Shown here in pieces: positions 1 to 10,426 of a stretch of DNA of 64,000 bases (position 1 is its first letter; each line of letters opens with the position of its first letter). The notes under the pieces were generated by a model, which was given only the letters and a program-made list of their open reading frames with translations, was not told the DNA's origin and did no database searches. This DNA is from Alphaproteobacteria bacterium (GTDB taxonomy: Bacteria; Pseudomonadota; Alphaproteobacteria; Micavibrionales; UBA2020): NCBI GenBank assembly GCA_041287865.1, contig JBGGMV010000072.1, positions 41,978 to 105,977 on the forward strand, written 5' to 3'. The translations under genes were made by a program, and so were the position numbers.

Positions 1-53
1 CCTTGTCAACATCCGGATGCAGGAACAGGCCGCGAGAGCCTGAGGAGGCGACG

Positions 54-1199
54 ATGAAATCAATCGCCGTCACCGCCCCCCGCGCAGGGTTGAAAGAGGC
101 GCTGTTGAAAGTGTCATCCATCAAGCCGCAAGTGGCGATCGTTTTTGCGACGCCAGGGCTGTGGAAAGATGAAAAGGCGATGGAAGAGGCCTGCGCGACG
201 CTGCAGGGCTGCCAGGTGCTGGGCTGTTCCACCGCCGGCGAGATTTTAGGCCCTCGCGCGCGCACCGACAGCATTTCGGCGCTGGGGATGCGTTTCGATA
301 CCGCACAGGTCAAGGTGGCGGAAGCCGCGTTGAATGCGCCGGAAGAATCATTCTACGCGGGTCAGATGCTGGGCAAGGGGCTGAACGGGCCCAAGCTGCG
401 CGGCGTTTTCGTCCTCAGCCCCGGCCTGCGGGTGAACGGCTCCGCGCTTGCCAAGGGTCTCGCCGGCGCCTTTGATAAAGGTGTCGTCGTGTCGGGCTGC
501 ATGGCGGGCGACGGCACCAGTTTTGCCAATACCTTTACCCTGCTGAACGGCAGGATATCGCAGTCGCGCGTCGTTGCTTTCGGCGTTTATGGCGATCATG
601 TCACGGTGAAACACGGGTCACGCTGCGGCTGGAAATCTTTCGGCCCCTTGCGTCGCGTGACGCGTGCGGCGGGCAATGTCCTGTTCGAGCTGGACGGCAA
701 GCCCGCGCTGGCCCTTTACCGCGAATATCTTGGCGACAAGGCGGCGGAATTGCCCGCCAGCGGATTGCTATATCCGCTCTCGGTGATGAAGGGCGACAGC
801 CGGCAGGACAGCGGCATCGTCCGCACGCTGGTGAACGTCAATCCGCATGAAGGCTCCCTCGTGCTGGCCGGTGAAGTAGCGCAGGGCGCGCAGGTGCGCC
901 TGATGCATGTCGATACCGACACGCTGATCGAGGGCGCGGGGCTGGCGGGCCGCGATGCGGGTATCTGGGGCGCGGCCGGTGAAACCGCGACCCTGATGGT
1001 CAGCTGCCTTGGCCGCAAGCTCGCGCTGGGTAGCGATGTGGATGAAGAGGTTGAGGCCGTGCACAAGGCGATCGGCGGCAGTTCGGCCTGCGCCGGCATT
1101 TACGGTTACGGCGCGTTTTCGCCCACCGGCGCGCAGCACGCGCCCGAGCTGCAGAACCAGTCGATGGCTGTCACGCATATCGTGGAGGCCGGCGGATGA
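54..1199 (+). CDS. FIST-domain signal-sensing protein
   Basis: ORF 3..1199. The in-frame ATG at 54 follows GAGGAGG. Sequence pattern is typical of FIST_N/FIST_C sensors (VAIVFATP, GCSTAGEI, VSGCMAGDG, IYGYGAFSP). The stop overlaps the next start (ATGA at 1196). Confidence 0.7.
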   Translation: MKSIAVTAPRAGLKEALLKVSSIKPQVAIVFATPGLWKDEKAMEEACATLQGCQVLGCSTAGEILGPRARTDSISALGMRFDTAQVKVAEAALNAPEESFYAGQMLGKGLNGPKLRGVFVLSPGLRVNGSALAKGLAGAFDKGVVVSGCMAGDGTSFANTFTLLNGRISQSRVVAFGVYGDHVTVKHGSRCGWKSFGPLRRVTRAAGNVLFELDGKPALALYREYLGDKAAELPASGLLYPLSVMKGDSRQDSGIVRTLVNVNPHEGSLVLAGEVAQGAQVRLMHVDTDTLIEGAGLAGRDAGIWGAAGETATLMVSCLGRKLALGSDVDEEVEAVHKAIGGSSACAGIYGYGAFSPTGAQHAPELQNQSMAVTHIVEAGG

Positions 1200-2827
1200 G
1201 CCTTACCAAGAAACTCGCAAGACAGCTGCGCCGCCACTTCCCGCCGGCGGATGCCGAAGCAATCGCAACCGAAATGCGGGGACAGGGCGGCGCGCCGCGC
1301 CTGCTCTCGAACCTTCCGGCGATTTTACGCGATATCGACACGGCCTATGCCGAACTGGATAGCCGCGTGAAAATGGCGATGCGCAACCTCGACCTCAGCT
1401 CGACCGAGCTGACCGAGGCGAATGCGCGGCTTGAAATGCTAAACTCGTCGATGACCACGGTGCTCGACAGCCTTGGCGTCGGCCTTGTGTTCTTCGATGA
1501 AAAGGGGCTTTGCTCGAACGTTTATTCAAAGGCCTGCCTGTCGCTGCTGGAATCAGAGCCGGGCGGCAGGCATGTGGGCGATGTGCTGGGGCTCGACGCC
1601 GACCGCCGCGACCAGCTGCAGGGGCTGATCGACGTCGTGTTCGAGGGCGATACGACCATTTTCCCCTTCGAAGACCTGATGCGTCTGGCACCAAAGAATT
1701 TCGCACATTCAAGGGGCTTGACGGTGGCGCTGCGCTACCGGCCGATGTACGCGCCTTCGGGCCGTTTGTCGTCCATCCTGCTGATCGCCGAGGATATCAC
1801 CAAGGAAGAAGCGTCGCGCGAAGAGATCAGGCTGAAAGAGGCCCGCATCGCGCGCATGCTGCGCATTGCCAAGGACAAAATGGCCTTCGTCGGTTACCTG
1901 CGGAAGATGGAAGCCGTGCTGCTGGGCACGCCCACGGAACGCCCGCATGACGAGTTGTCACGCGACCTGCATACGCTGAAGGGCATGTCGCGCTTCTTCC
2001 ACCTCAATGCCATCGCCGGCATCATCCACGAAATGGAAACGGTGCTGGGCGGCGAGGAAAAGGTTTCCACCAAGGAAATGCTCGAGGTCTGCCGCGAAGC
2101 CATCAGCACCCTGTTCGCGGAAGCCAAAGGGTACGGCCACGAAATCTGGGGCAACAATTTCGAGATCCAGGAAGAAGTCGTCACGCTGCCGCTCCGCTAT
2201 GTCACCGATTTCGGCATCGAGCTGCGTAAGCAGGGTGCGCAAGGGCTCGCCTTCCGCTTCTTCCAGAAAATCGTGGCGCAGCAGGTGCGCGAACTGCTGA
2301 TCCCGTTTGAAACGCAGCTCAGCTTCTTCGCGGTCATGGCGGAAAAAGACATCAGCATCACCATGCCGGCCAGCGGCCAGGTCAAGGTCTTCGCGCCGGT
2401 TTACAAAACCTTCTTTGAATCTCTCGTCCATATCGCACGCAATATCGTCGACCACGCCGCCGAACCGCCCGAAGCGCGGGAGGCGGCTGGAAAACTGCCG
2501 GCGCTCAACGTGTCGGTCGATGTCGGCTTCGGCGAATTCAATTCCAAGATGGTGATCACCATCGCCGACGACGGCGCGGGCATCAATGCGGATGCTCTGC
2601 GCGAAAAACTGAAATCGACCGAAAGCCACGAAGACCTGATCCAGCATGTCTTCGACGCCAAGGTTTCCACGCGCGAATCGGTATCTGAAGACGCCGGGCG
2701 CGGCATTGGCCTCGACGCCGTGAAAGCGTCCGTGGTCGCGCTGGGCGGCACGGCCCGCGTGACTTCCGAAAAAGGGGCGGGAACGGTCTTTACCTTTACC
2801 CTGCCGATTGTCTGGGAACCGCAATAG
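1196..2827 (+). CDS. Sensor kinase with PAS-like region, HPt domain and C-terminal HATPase_c
   Basis: HPt signature DLHTLKGMSRFF. C-terminal ATPase boxes (IADDGAGI, GRGIGLDAVK, GTVFTFTLP). No HisKA H-box seen. Translationally coupled to the FIST gene. Confidence 0.65.
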   Translation: MSLTKKLARQLRRHFPPADAEAIATEMRGQGGAPRLLSNLPAILRDIDTAYAELDSRVKMAMRNLDLSSTELTEANARLEMLNSSMTTVLDSLGVGLVFFDEKGLCSNVYSKACLSLLESEPGGRHVGDVLGLDADRRDQLQGLIDVVFEGDTTIFPFEDLMRLAPKNFAHSRGLTVALRYRPMYAPSGRLSSILLIAEDITKEEASREEIRLKEARIARMLRIAKDKMAFVGYLRKMEAVLLGTPTERPHDELSRDLHTLKGMSRFFHLNAIAGIIHEMETVLGGEEKVSTKEMLEVCREAISTLFAEAKGYGHEIWGNNFEIQEEVVTLPLRYVTDFGIELRKQGAQGLAFRFFQKIVAQQVRELLIPFETQLSFFAVMAEKDISITMPASGQVKVFAPVYKTFFESLVHIARNIVDHAAEPPEAREAAGKLPALNVSVDVGFGEFNSKMVITIADDGAGINADALREKLKSTESHEDLIQHVFDAKVSTRESVSEDAGRGIGLDAVKASVVALGGTARVTSEKGAGTVFTFTLPIVWEPQ

Positions 2828-2946
2828 GCTTTTCCGGAATTTCCAGTATTAACAGCTTCTTAAGCCCAAAAAAGTAAAATCCAAGGATTGCCGCACACCG
2901 GGCGTCTAATGGATAACAGGCCGCATTTTCACCCAAGGAGATTGCC

Positions 2947-5900
2947 ATGAAAAACATCGTCATGCTGGCGCTTATCGCCCTCGTGCTGATCCCTTTGCGG
3001 GCCTTTGCCTATACCGCCGACGACATGGCGGCGGCGAACAGGTTCTACGATGAAAAATCCTATCAGCTGGCCGCGAATGAATTCGAAAAACTGCTGACGG
3101 CAGATGCCACGCCCGAGCTGAAACGCGAAGTGCAGTTCAAATGGGCTGACAGCGTGCTGAAGGCCAAGATGGAAGACAAACGCGAGACGGCAGAAAAGAA
3201 CTTGCGCGAAATGGCCGACGGCAAAGATCATGACCGGTGGTGGGCAGAGGCTGCCGTCTCTATCTCGCAGCATCTGGGCGAGCGCGATCCCTGGAGCAAC
3301 CGCGACGCGATCAAGGGCTGGCTCGACAATGCGCGTGACTGGTGGGCGGGTTCCTCCGACGTCGATCTCGCGCGCGAGAAGTTTATTTCCATCAGCTTCC
3401 AGCTGGCCGATGTGATGACGAAAAACTGGGGCTGGTACAACGTCGATATCCGCCCCATCCGCCTTGGCGAGAAATCCATCGCGCCTGTGCCTGCGGCGCA
3501 GGGCAATATGGGCCTGCAGGTGCTGTTCGAGGAAATCCTGAAGGTCGCCAAAACCGACGAAGACAAGGCGCATGCGCACTATGGTCTCGGCATGACCTAT
3601 ATGCAGGACTATTCCGGCGACGAGAAGAAGAAGCAAAAAGCCGTCGAGGAGTTCGAGGAAGTCATCGACGATTTCGAAAAGACCGAATGGGCCGATGACG
3701 CCTGGTACCAGCTGGGCACCTATTACGAGAACAAGGCCGACTACGTGAAGGCTGTTTCGACCTACAAAGATTATCTCAATCACTTCAAGGCCGGCGAATC
3801 CCAGTGGATCGACGATGTGAAGCGCAAGGTTGAATATATCGTCAACCCCACGCTCTCGGTCAGCGCCAGCAATACCTTCGTGCCGGAATCCGAAGTGCAG
3901 TTCGGGCTTAACTGGCGCAACATCGATAAAGTGAAGATCACGCTCTACCGCTTCGATATGGCGGAGGAGCTGAAATTGTTCCCCGATGGCAACGGCTATT
4001 CCGGCCACAGCGAGCTGCTGAACAACATGGTCGAGAAAACGGCGCGCTACAATTCTCTGCCCGTCGAAACCTCGTGGGAAATCGATTTGAACGACGACGG
4101 CAAGCATGTGCCGAAAAGCGAATACAAGGGCATGGCCGAATGGCGCAGGGGCGATCCCGATGACAAGGCCGACCCGAAAGCGGGCGTGCTGCCCGTCGGC
4201 GCATACCTGATGGTCGCCACGGGCGGCGGCCAGCGTGCCTATGACCTTGTGCTGGTCAGCGATCTTGCGCTGGTGACGAAAGTGGCGAAGGACAAGGCTG
4301 TATTTGTGACTGTGGACGCCAAAACCGGCAAGCCGGCGGCAGGCGCGAAGCTGCGCTATATCTATTCCTATTACGACGCCAATAACAACACCAAGTGGCA
4401 GGAGGGCGAGGCCAAAAGCGGCGATGACGGCCTTGCCGTTGTCGAGCTGAAAAATGAAAGCAACCATTCTTATTACCAGCAGCATAGTGTCTTTGCAGCG
4501 GCATCCTCCGGCGCAAAGCAGGCCTTTGTGTCGAGCAACTTCTACAGCAATTATTACAATAACAAGGGTGAATGGTGGCTATACGCGTTTACCGATCGTC
4601 CCGCCTATCGCCCGACCGAAACGGTCAGCTTCAAGGGCATCCTGCGCCGCCCCGATAAAGGCGCCTTCTCCAACCCCGCCGGCATGAAGGTCAAGGCCCG
4701 CATCTATAACGCGCAGGGCACGCAGGTGAAGGAGGGCGATTATACCCTCAATGATTACGGCGCGTTCGACGACACTCTGGTGCTGGATGAAAAAGCTGTA
4801 TTGGGTGCCTATACGCTGCAGCTTTTCACTGCCGACAACGGCAACCAGATTTCAACCGCGCAGCTGTTCCAGCTGGAGGAATACAAGCTGCCGGAATACA
4901 CCGTCAGCGTGAAGGCAAAACCGAAGTCGGACAAAGGCCCCGCTGTCTTCCGTCTTGGCGATACGCTGGAGATGGAGGTTGACGCGCAATACTACTTCGG
5001 CGGCGCCGTGGCTGATGCGCAAGTAGAGTATCTTGTCTACCAGAAACCGCTGTACCAGTACTTCCGCCCCTATCGCGCCTATCACTGGTATTACGAAGAC
5101 ATGTATCCGCAGCCCTATAACTATGGCAACGGCAACATGATCAAGACCGAAAAGCTGAAAACCGGCAAGGATGGCAAGGTCACGTTCAAGGTCGAAACGC
5201 CCAAGGACGGTGAAGACCAGCAGTATCACGTGGAAGTGCGCGTGGTGGACCAGAGCCGTCGCGAAATCCGCGGCACATCCGACATCAAGGTCACCAAAAA
5301 CGCTTTCTTTGCCTATCTTGAAGCGAAGCAGAACATATACCGTCCGGGCGACAAGGCGCAGGTGGCGATCAAGACCCTCACTGCCAATGACGAGCCGATG
5401 GCCGTCGAAGGCAAGGTTTCCGTGCTGCGCAACAGCTGGCGCGATGCCGTCATCAACGACGGCCGTCAAACGACGCCTGCCGGTTACAACGGGCAGGAAA
5501 TGTTCACTAAATTCGTGAAAACGAACGAACGCGGCGAAGCCGTATTCGAATTCGAGCCCGGCGCGAATGGCTACTACACCATCGAATTCACCGGCTTTGA
5601 CGACGGGCGCGAGGTGAAGGGCGCGGTCAACGTCTTCGTCTGCGATAACGCGGCGACGAACATCGGCTATCGCTATAGCGGGTTGCAGATTATCGCGGAA
5701 AAGGACACCTATGCGGCGGGCGATACAGCGCGCGTGATGCTGGTGGCCGACAAGCCCGATACCTGGGCCCTGTTCACGGTCGAAGCCGATGGCATCTATG
5801 ATTACCGGATGGTGCATATCGAAGGCAGCGTCAAGATGCTGGACGTGAAAGTCGCCGAAAACTTCGTGCCGAACGTCTTCCTGTCGGCCGTGGGGGCGGA

Positions 5901-8808
5901 GCAGTTCCAGCTGAAGATGAACAATCTGCAGCTGATCGTGCCGCCGCGCTCCAAATTCCTGAATGTCACGGCAACGTCTGACAAAGCCGTTTATCAGCCG
6001 CAGGAAGAAGGCGTGTTTGATGTAACGGTAACCGACGCTGATGGCAAGCCGGTCAGTGCGGAAATTTCGCTCGGCCTTGTCGATGCCTCGGTCTATTACA
6101 TCCAGAGCGAGCTGGCGCCAGATATCCGCCAGTTCTTCTACGGCGAAAAGCGTCAGTTGAGCATCCAGACGCAGGCGAGCTTCTACCAGCGGCCCTACGT
6201 GCATCTGGTGCGGGGCGATAACAACGAATTGATCAGCGACGACGAAAACACCCGCCGCCTGCGCGCCAAAGACCAGAACGGGCAGGATGGCCCCGCGCAG
6301 GAACTTAGGGATGAACTGCGCCAAGGCGCCGGCAATGCCGTGGGCAGCATGCGCGAGGAAAGGGCGGCAAGGATGCAGGCTGTGCCCTCGTCCGCCCCCG
6401 CGCCGATGCTGGCAAAATCCGTCGCCAAGGAAGGCATGATGGCAGCCGACGCTGCTTCAGGCCTTGAAGAAGACAAGAAAAAAAGCGACGCCAGCGGCAT
6501 GAAGACGCCCCAGCAAGGGGAAGCGGAAGGCGAAGCGCCCGCCGTACGCAACGACTTCCGCTCCACCGTTATCTGGCAGCCGTCGGTGAAAACAGACGCC
6601 GAAGGCAAGGCGCGCGTGACGGTGAAATATCCCGACAGCCTGACGACATGGAAGCTGACGGCCCGCGCCGTCACCACCGGCACGGCAATCGGCTCGGTCA
6701 CGCATGAAGTGAAATCCAACAAGGACCTGATGGTCCGCCTGCAGGCGCCGCGCTTCTTCACCGAACGCGACCTTGTGGCGGTTTCCGCGCTGATCGACAA
6801 CATGACCGACACAGCTGTGACCGTGATGCCGGCCATCAAGGTCGAAGGCGGGCTGGTTGTCACCGGTCTTTACCAAAACGGCCAGTTCGTGAAGGGCGAG
6901 CTGGGCCCCGTCGAAATCCCCGCCAAGGGGCAGAAACGCGTCGATTGGGCTGTTGCCGCGCAAACGGCGGGCAAGGCCACGATCACCGTGACCGCCGGCA
7001 AGGGCAAAATGGCCGATGCGATGCAGAAAACCTATCCCGTCATTCCGCACGGCATCGAAAAATTCGTGGCGCAATCCTTGGCCATGAAAAACGGCGGCAC
7101 CAAGGAGATTAAAATCTCTATCCCGAAAGAGCGCATCAAAGAGGCTACCAGCTTGCGCCTGTCACTCTCGCCCTCCATGGCCGCAAACCTGCTGGATGCC
7201 CTGCCTTACCTTGCCGATTATCCCTATGGCTGCGTCGAGCAGACGATGAGCCGCTTCCTGCCCGTCGTTATCGTCGGCAAGACGATGAAGGATCTGGGTA
7301 TTTCGGATAGCGAAGTCGAAGGGTATATCAGCGACGTACTGGAGGCACGCGGCGACCCGAAAGGCCACCCGCAACGCCGCGCCGATGCCACTTATTCGCG
7401 CCTGAAATCGATGACGGGCGACGGGCTGCAACGCCTCTACGACTTCCAGCACGCCGATGGCGGCTGGGGCTGGTGGAAAGACGGCGATAGCGACCGTTTC
7501 ATGACGGCCTATGTCGTCTGGGGCATGAGCCTTGCGCGTGACGCGGGTATCGAAATCCGCGACGGCGTTATCCTGTCCGCAGCACGGTTCCTGCAGACGC
7601 AGCTTGTCGAGGAAGAGAACAGTCCCGATAACCTCGCCTGGATTCTCCATGCACTCCCCGGCTCCAATACAGGAACAAGCGGTCTTGTAGATAAGCAGCG
7701 CGACCGCCTGTGGAATATGCGCGACAAGCTGAACCCCTATACCCGCGCCCTCTATGCGATTGCCGAGAAAAAATTCGGCAATGGCGAACGCGCGGCGACG
7801 CTTGCCCGTAACGTCATCAACGGCGTGTCGGAGGATAAAGACAATGCCACCGCGCATTGGGGCGAAAGCGGCGTGCATTATCGCTGGAGCGACGGCGGGG
7901 TGGAATCCACCGCCTTCTCGATCAGCGCGCTGGCGCAGCTTGATCCGCAAAGCGCGTACCTGGAGCCTGCGGTGAAATGGCTGACGCTCAACCGCCGCGG
8001 CGGCAGCTGGAAAAACACGCGCGACACGGCAATTGCCATTCTTGGCCTGACCGAATACCTGAAGGCCTCGAAAGAGCTGTCACCCAGCTATACGTACAAG
8101 GTGACGCTGAACGGCACGACGGTGCGCGAGGGCAAGGTTGACGCAAGCAACGTCTTCACCTTCAACCGTAATATCGACATTCCGGCCGACCAGCTGCGCG
8201 ATGGTGATAACGTTGTGACTGTGACGATGGACGGTACGGGCGCGCTCTATATGGCGGCCTATGCCAAATATTTCACGCTGGAAGAACCCATCACCAAAGC
8301 CGGCAATGAAATATTTGTCACCCGCAAATACTTCATCCAGTCGGTCAAGGAAACGCTGATGAAGGGCTATACCAACGACTGGAAAGAGCTGAAAGACGGC
8401 CAGACCGTCAACAGCGGCGACCGTATCCGCGTCGATGTGACGATGGAGGCCAAAAACCACTATGAATATCTGGTGGCAGAAGACTACAAACCGGCAGGTC
8501 TGGAAGCTGTCGAACTGAAAAGCGGCCCGGGCTATGCCGTGATGCTGGACAGGGAGGGCCGCGAAACGGGCGAGCAGACGCCGCTCTATCAGGAATTCCG
8601 TGACCAGAAAGCGGCCTTCTTCATCTCGAAGCTGAAACAGGGCAAGCACCTGTTCCGCTACGAGCTGCGTGCCGAGATCCCGGGAAAGTTCCACGCTATG
8701 CCTAACCAATCACATGCCATGTATGTTCCCGAAATTCGCGCCAGCAGCGATGAAATGCGCATCGATGTGAACGAAGCACCTGCCGAAAAGGGTTCTGTAA
8801 AGGAGTAA
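2947..8808 (+). CDS. Bacterial alpha-2-macroglobulin family protein (thioester type) with N-terminal TPR-like region
   Basis: 1953-aa ORF with a signal peptide (LIPLRAFA/YT). A low-complexity bait-like segment is followed by VRNDFRSTVIWQP. Thioester-type motif GCVEQ lies at 7231-7242. Size and domain order fit YfhM-like A2M proteins. Confidence 0.85.
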   Translation: MKNIVMLALIALVLIPLRAFAYTADDMAAANRFYDEKSYQLAANEFEKLLTADATPELKREVQFKWADSVLKAKMEDKRETAEKNLREMADGKDHDRWWAEAAVSISQHLGERDPWSNRDAIKGWLDNARDWWAGSSDVDLAREKFISISFQLADVMTKNWGWYNVDIRPIRLGEKSIAPVPAAQGNMGLQVLFEEILKVAKTDEDKAHAHYGLGMTYMQDYSGDEKKKQKAVEEFEEVIDDFEKTEWADDAWYQLGTYYENKADYVKAVSTYKDYLNHFKAGESQWIDDVKRKVEYIVNPTLSVSASNTFVPESEVQFGLNWRNIDKVKITLYRFDMAEELKLFPDGNGYSGHSELLNNMVEKTARYNSLPVETSWEIDLNDDGKHVPKSEYKGMAEWRRGDPDDKADPKAGVLPVGAYLMVATGGGQRAYDLVLVSDLALVTKVAKDKAVFVTVDAKTGKPAAGAKLRYIYSYYDANNNTKWQEGEAKSGDDGLAVVELKNESNHSYYQQHSVFAAASSGAKQAFVSSNFYSNYYNNKGEWWLYAFTDRPAYRPTETVSFKGILRRPDKGAFSNPAGMKVKARIYNAQGTQVKEGDYTLNDYGAFDDTLVLDEKAVLGAYTLQLFTADNGNQISTAQLFQLEEYKLPEYTVSVKAKPKSDKGPAVFRLGDTLEMEVDAQYYFGGAVADAQVEYLVYQKPLYQYFRPYRAYHWYYEDMYPQPYNYGNGNMIKTEKLKTGKDGKVTFKVETPKDGEDQQYHVEVRVVDQSRREIRGTSDIKVTKNAFFAYLEAKQNIYRPGDKAQVAIKTLTANDEPMAVEGKVSVLRNSWRDAVINDGRQTTPAGYNGQEMFTKFVKTNERGEAVFEFEPGANGYYTIEFTGFDDGREVKGAVNVFVCDNAATNIGYRYSGLQIIAEKDTYAAGDTARVMLVADKPDTWALFTVEADGIYDYRMVHIEGSVKMLDVKVAENFVPNVFLSAVGAEQFQLKMNNLQLIVPPRSKFLNVTATSDKAVYQPQEEGVFDVTVTDADGKPVSAEISLGLVDASVYYIQSELAPDIRQFFYGEKRQLSIQTQASFYQRPYVHLVRGDNNELISDDENTRRLRAKDQNGQDGPAQELRDELRQGAGNAVGSMREERAARMQAVPSSAPAPMLAKSVAKEGMMAADAASGLEEDKKKSDASGMKTPQQGEAEGEAPAVRNDFRSTVIWQPSVKTDAEGKARVTVKYPDSLTTWKLTARAVTTGTAIGSVTHEVKSNKDLMVRLQAPRFFTERDLVAVSALIDNMTDTAVTVMPAIKVEGGLVVTGLYQNGQFVKGELGPVEIPAKGQKRVDWAVAAQTAGKATITVTAGKGKMADAMQKTYPVIPHGIEKFVAQSLAMKNGGTKEIKISIPKERIKEATSLRLSLSPSMAANLLDALPYLADYPYGCVEQTMSRFLPVVIVGKTMKDLGISDSEVEGYISDVLEARGDPKGHPQRRADATYSRLKSMTGDGLQRLYDFQHADGGWGWWKDGDSDRFMTAYVVWGMSLARDAGIEIRDGVILSAARFLQTQLVEEENSPDNLAWILHALPGSNTGTSGLVDKQRDRLWNMRDKLNPYTRALYAIAEKKFGNGERAATLARNVINGVSEDKDNATAHWGESGVHYRWSDGGVESTAFSISALAQLDPQSAYLEPAVKWLTLNRRGGSWKNTRDTAIAILGLTEYLKASKELSPSYTYKVTLNGTTVREGKVDASNVFTFNRNIDIPADQLRDGDNVVTVTMDGTGALYMAAYAKYFTLEEPITKAGNEIFVTRKYFIQSVKETLMKGYTNDWKELKDGQTVNSGDRIRVDVTMEAKNHYEYLVAEDYKPAGLEAVELKSGPGYAVMLDREGRETGEQTPLYQEFRDQKAAFFISKLKQGKHLFRYELRAEIPGKFHAMPNQSHAMYVPEIRASSDEMRIDVNEAPAEKGSVKE

Positions 8809-8848
8809 TCTGACTTTAGTGGTTGAAGCGGTCATGGTAGATTAGGGC

Positions 8849-10426
8849 ATGACACAGCCAGCCATTAAATCCGCCGCCCCCTTCACCATCACCGCTCCCA
8901 AGACCTTGGGGCAGGAAACGATTTTGACGGCAGAGGCGCTGACCTTTCTCGCCGGCATCGAAACTGCTTTCGGTGCGCGCCGCTGCGCCCTGATGGACGA
9001 GCGCAAGAAATTACAACAGAAACTGGATAGCGGCTGGACGCCCGATTTCCTGCCCGAGACGGCAGAGGTGCGCAAAGCCGACTGGAAAGTGCGCCCCGCC
9101 CCGCCCGCGCTGCAGGACCGCCGCGTCGAAATCACCGGCCCTGTAGACCGCAAGATGGTCATCAACGCCCTCAATTCCGGCGCGTCATGCTTTATGGCGG
9201 ATTTCGAGGATTCGAATACACCCACCTGGGAAAACCAGATCAGTGGCCAGATCAACCTGCGCGACGCCAACGCGCGCACGATCGAGTTCAAGGATGCCGC
9301 TTCGGGTAAGGAATATAAATTAAAGGATAAAACCGCCGTGCTGCTGGTGCGCCCGCGCGGGTTGCATATGGAAGAAAAACATTTGCACCTGAACGGCCAT
9401 GCGATGTCGGCGAGCTTCTTCGATTTCGGCCTTTACCTGTTCCACAACCGCACAGCGCCTTATTTTTACCTGCCCAAGATGGAAGGCTGGCAGGAAGCGC
9501 AGCTCTGGAGCGATGTGATCACCCATGCCGAGGACGCGCTGAAACTGCCGCGCGGCACGGTGCGCGTGACGGCGCTGATCGAAACGATCACGGCGGCCTT
9601 CCAGATGGACGAGATGCTCCATGCGCTGAAGGACCATATCGTCGGCCTTAACTGCGGGCGCTGGGATTATATTTTCAGCTTCATCAAAAAATTCTGCAAG
9701 CATCCGCAATACGTCATGCCTGACCGGGGCGAGGTGACGATGGTGGCGCATTTCCTGCGCTCCTATAGCCTGAACCTGATCAAAACCTGCCACCGCCGCG
9801 GCGCGCATGCCATGGGCGGCATGGCGGCGCAGATACCGATCAAGAACGACGAAGCCGCCAATAACGCCGCGCTGGCCAAGGTGCGCGCCGACAAGGAACG
9901 CGAGGCCGCCGACGGGCATGACGGTACATGGGTCGCGCATCCCGCGCTGGTGCCGCTGGCGATGGAGATTTTTAACAAGGCGATGCCTGCTGCCAATCAG
10001 CTTGATAAAAAACGTGAAGACGTGTCGATTACCGCCGCCGACCTGCTGACCGCGCCGCAGGGGAATATTACCGAGGAAGGCCTGCGCCGCAACATCAACG
10101 TTGGCCTGCTGTACCTGAAAGCATGGCTGTCGGGGCAGGGCTGCGTGCCCATCCACAATTTGATGGAAGACGCCGCCACGGCAGAGATTTCCCGCACGCA
10201 GCTCTGGCAATGGCGGCGCCATCAGGCGAAGCTGAAGGATGGCCGCGTCATTGATGATGCGTTGATGAAATCCTTCCTGCAGGATGAAGCCGAAAAACTG
10301 GGCAAGGGCGATCAATACCTGAAAGACGCCGTCGAGATGTTCTCCGGCATGGTGATGGCCGAAACGCTGGATGATTTCATCACCACCAAGGCCTACGACA
10401 AGGTTCTGGAGTACGAGCGCGCCTGA
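8849..10426 (+). CDS. aceB: Malate synthase A
   Basis: 525 aa with malate synthase A motifs (DRRVEITGP, FMADFEDSNTPTW, YFYLPKMEG, LNCGRWDYIFS). Confidence 0.9.
   Translation: MTQPAIKSAAPFTITAPKTLGQETILTAEALTFLAGIETAFGARRCALMDERKKLQQKLDSGWTPDFLPETAEVRKADWKVRPAPPALQDRRVEITGPVDRKMVINALNSGASCFMADFEDSNTPTWENQISGQINLRDANARTIEFKDAASGKEYKLKDKTAVLLVRPRGLHMEEKHLHLNGHAMSASFFDFGLYLFHNRTAPYFYLPKMEGWQEAQLWSDVITHAEDALKLPRGTVRVTALIETITAAFQMDEMLHALKDHIVGLNCGRWDYIFSFIKKFCKHPQYVMPDRGEVTMVAHFLRSYSLNLIKTCHRRGAHAMGGMAAQIPIKNDEAANNAALAKVRADKEREAADGHDGTWVAHPALVPLAMEIFNKAMPAANQLDKKREDVSITAADLLTAPQGNITEEGLRRNINVGLLYLKAWLSGQGCVPIHNLMEDAATAEISRTQLWQWRRHQAKLKDGRVIDDALMKSFLQDEAEKLGKGDQYLKDAVEMFSGMVMAETLDDFITTKAYDKVLEYERA

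Noticed and set aside
2929-6324. Long antisense ORFs inside the alpha-2-macroglobulin gene (2929..4485 and 4852..6324 on the minus strand). Similar cases occur elsewhere: 9320..10315, 10393..11862, 29834..30919, 37773..38750, 59449..60660.
   Set aside because: These are typical shadow ORFs of GC-rich DNA. They lie opposite genes with clear family signatures, have Arg/Ala/Gly/His-rich low-complexity translations, and have no RBS or recognisable motifs.
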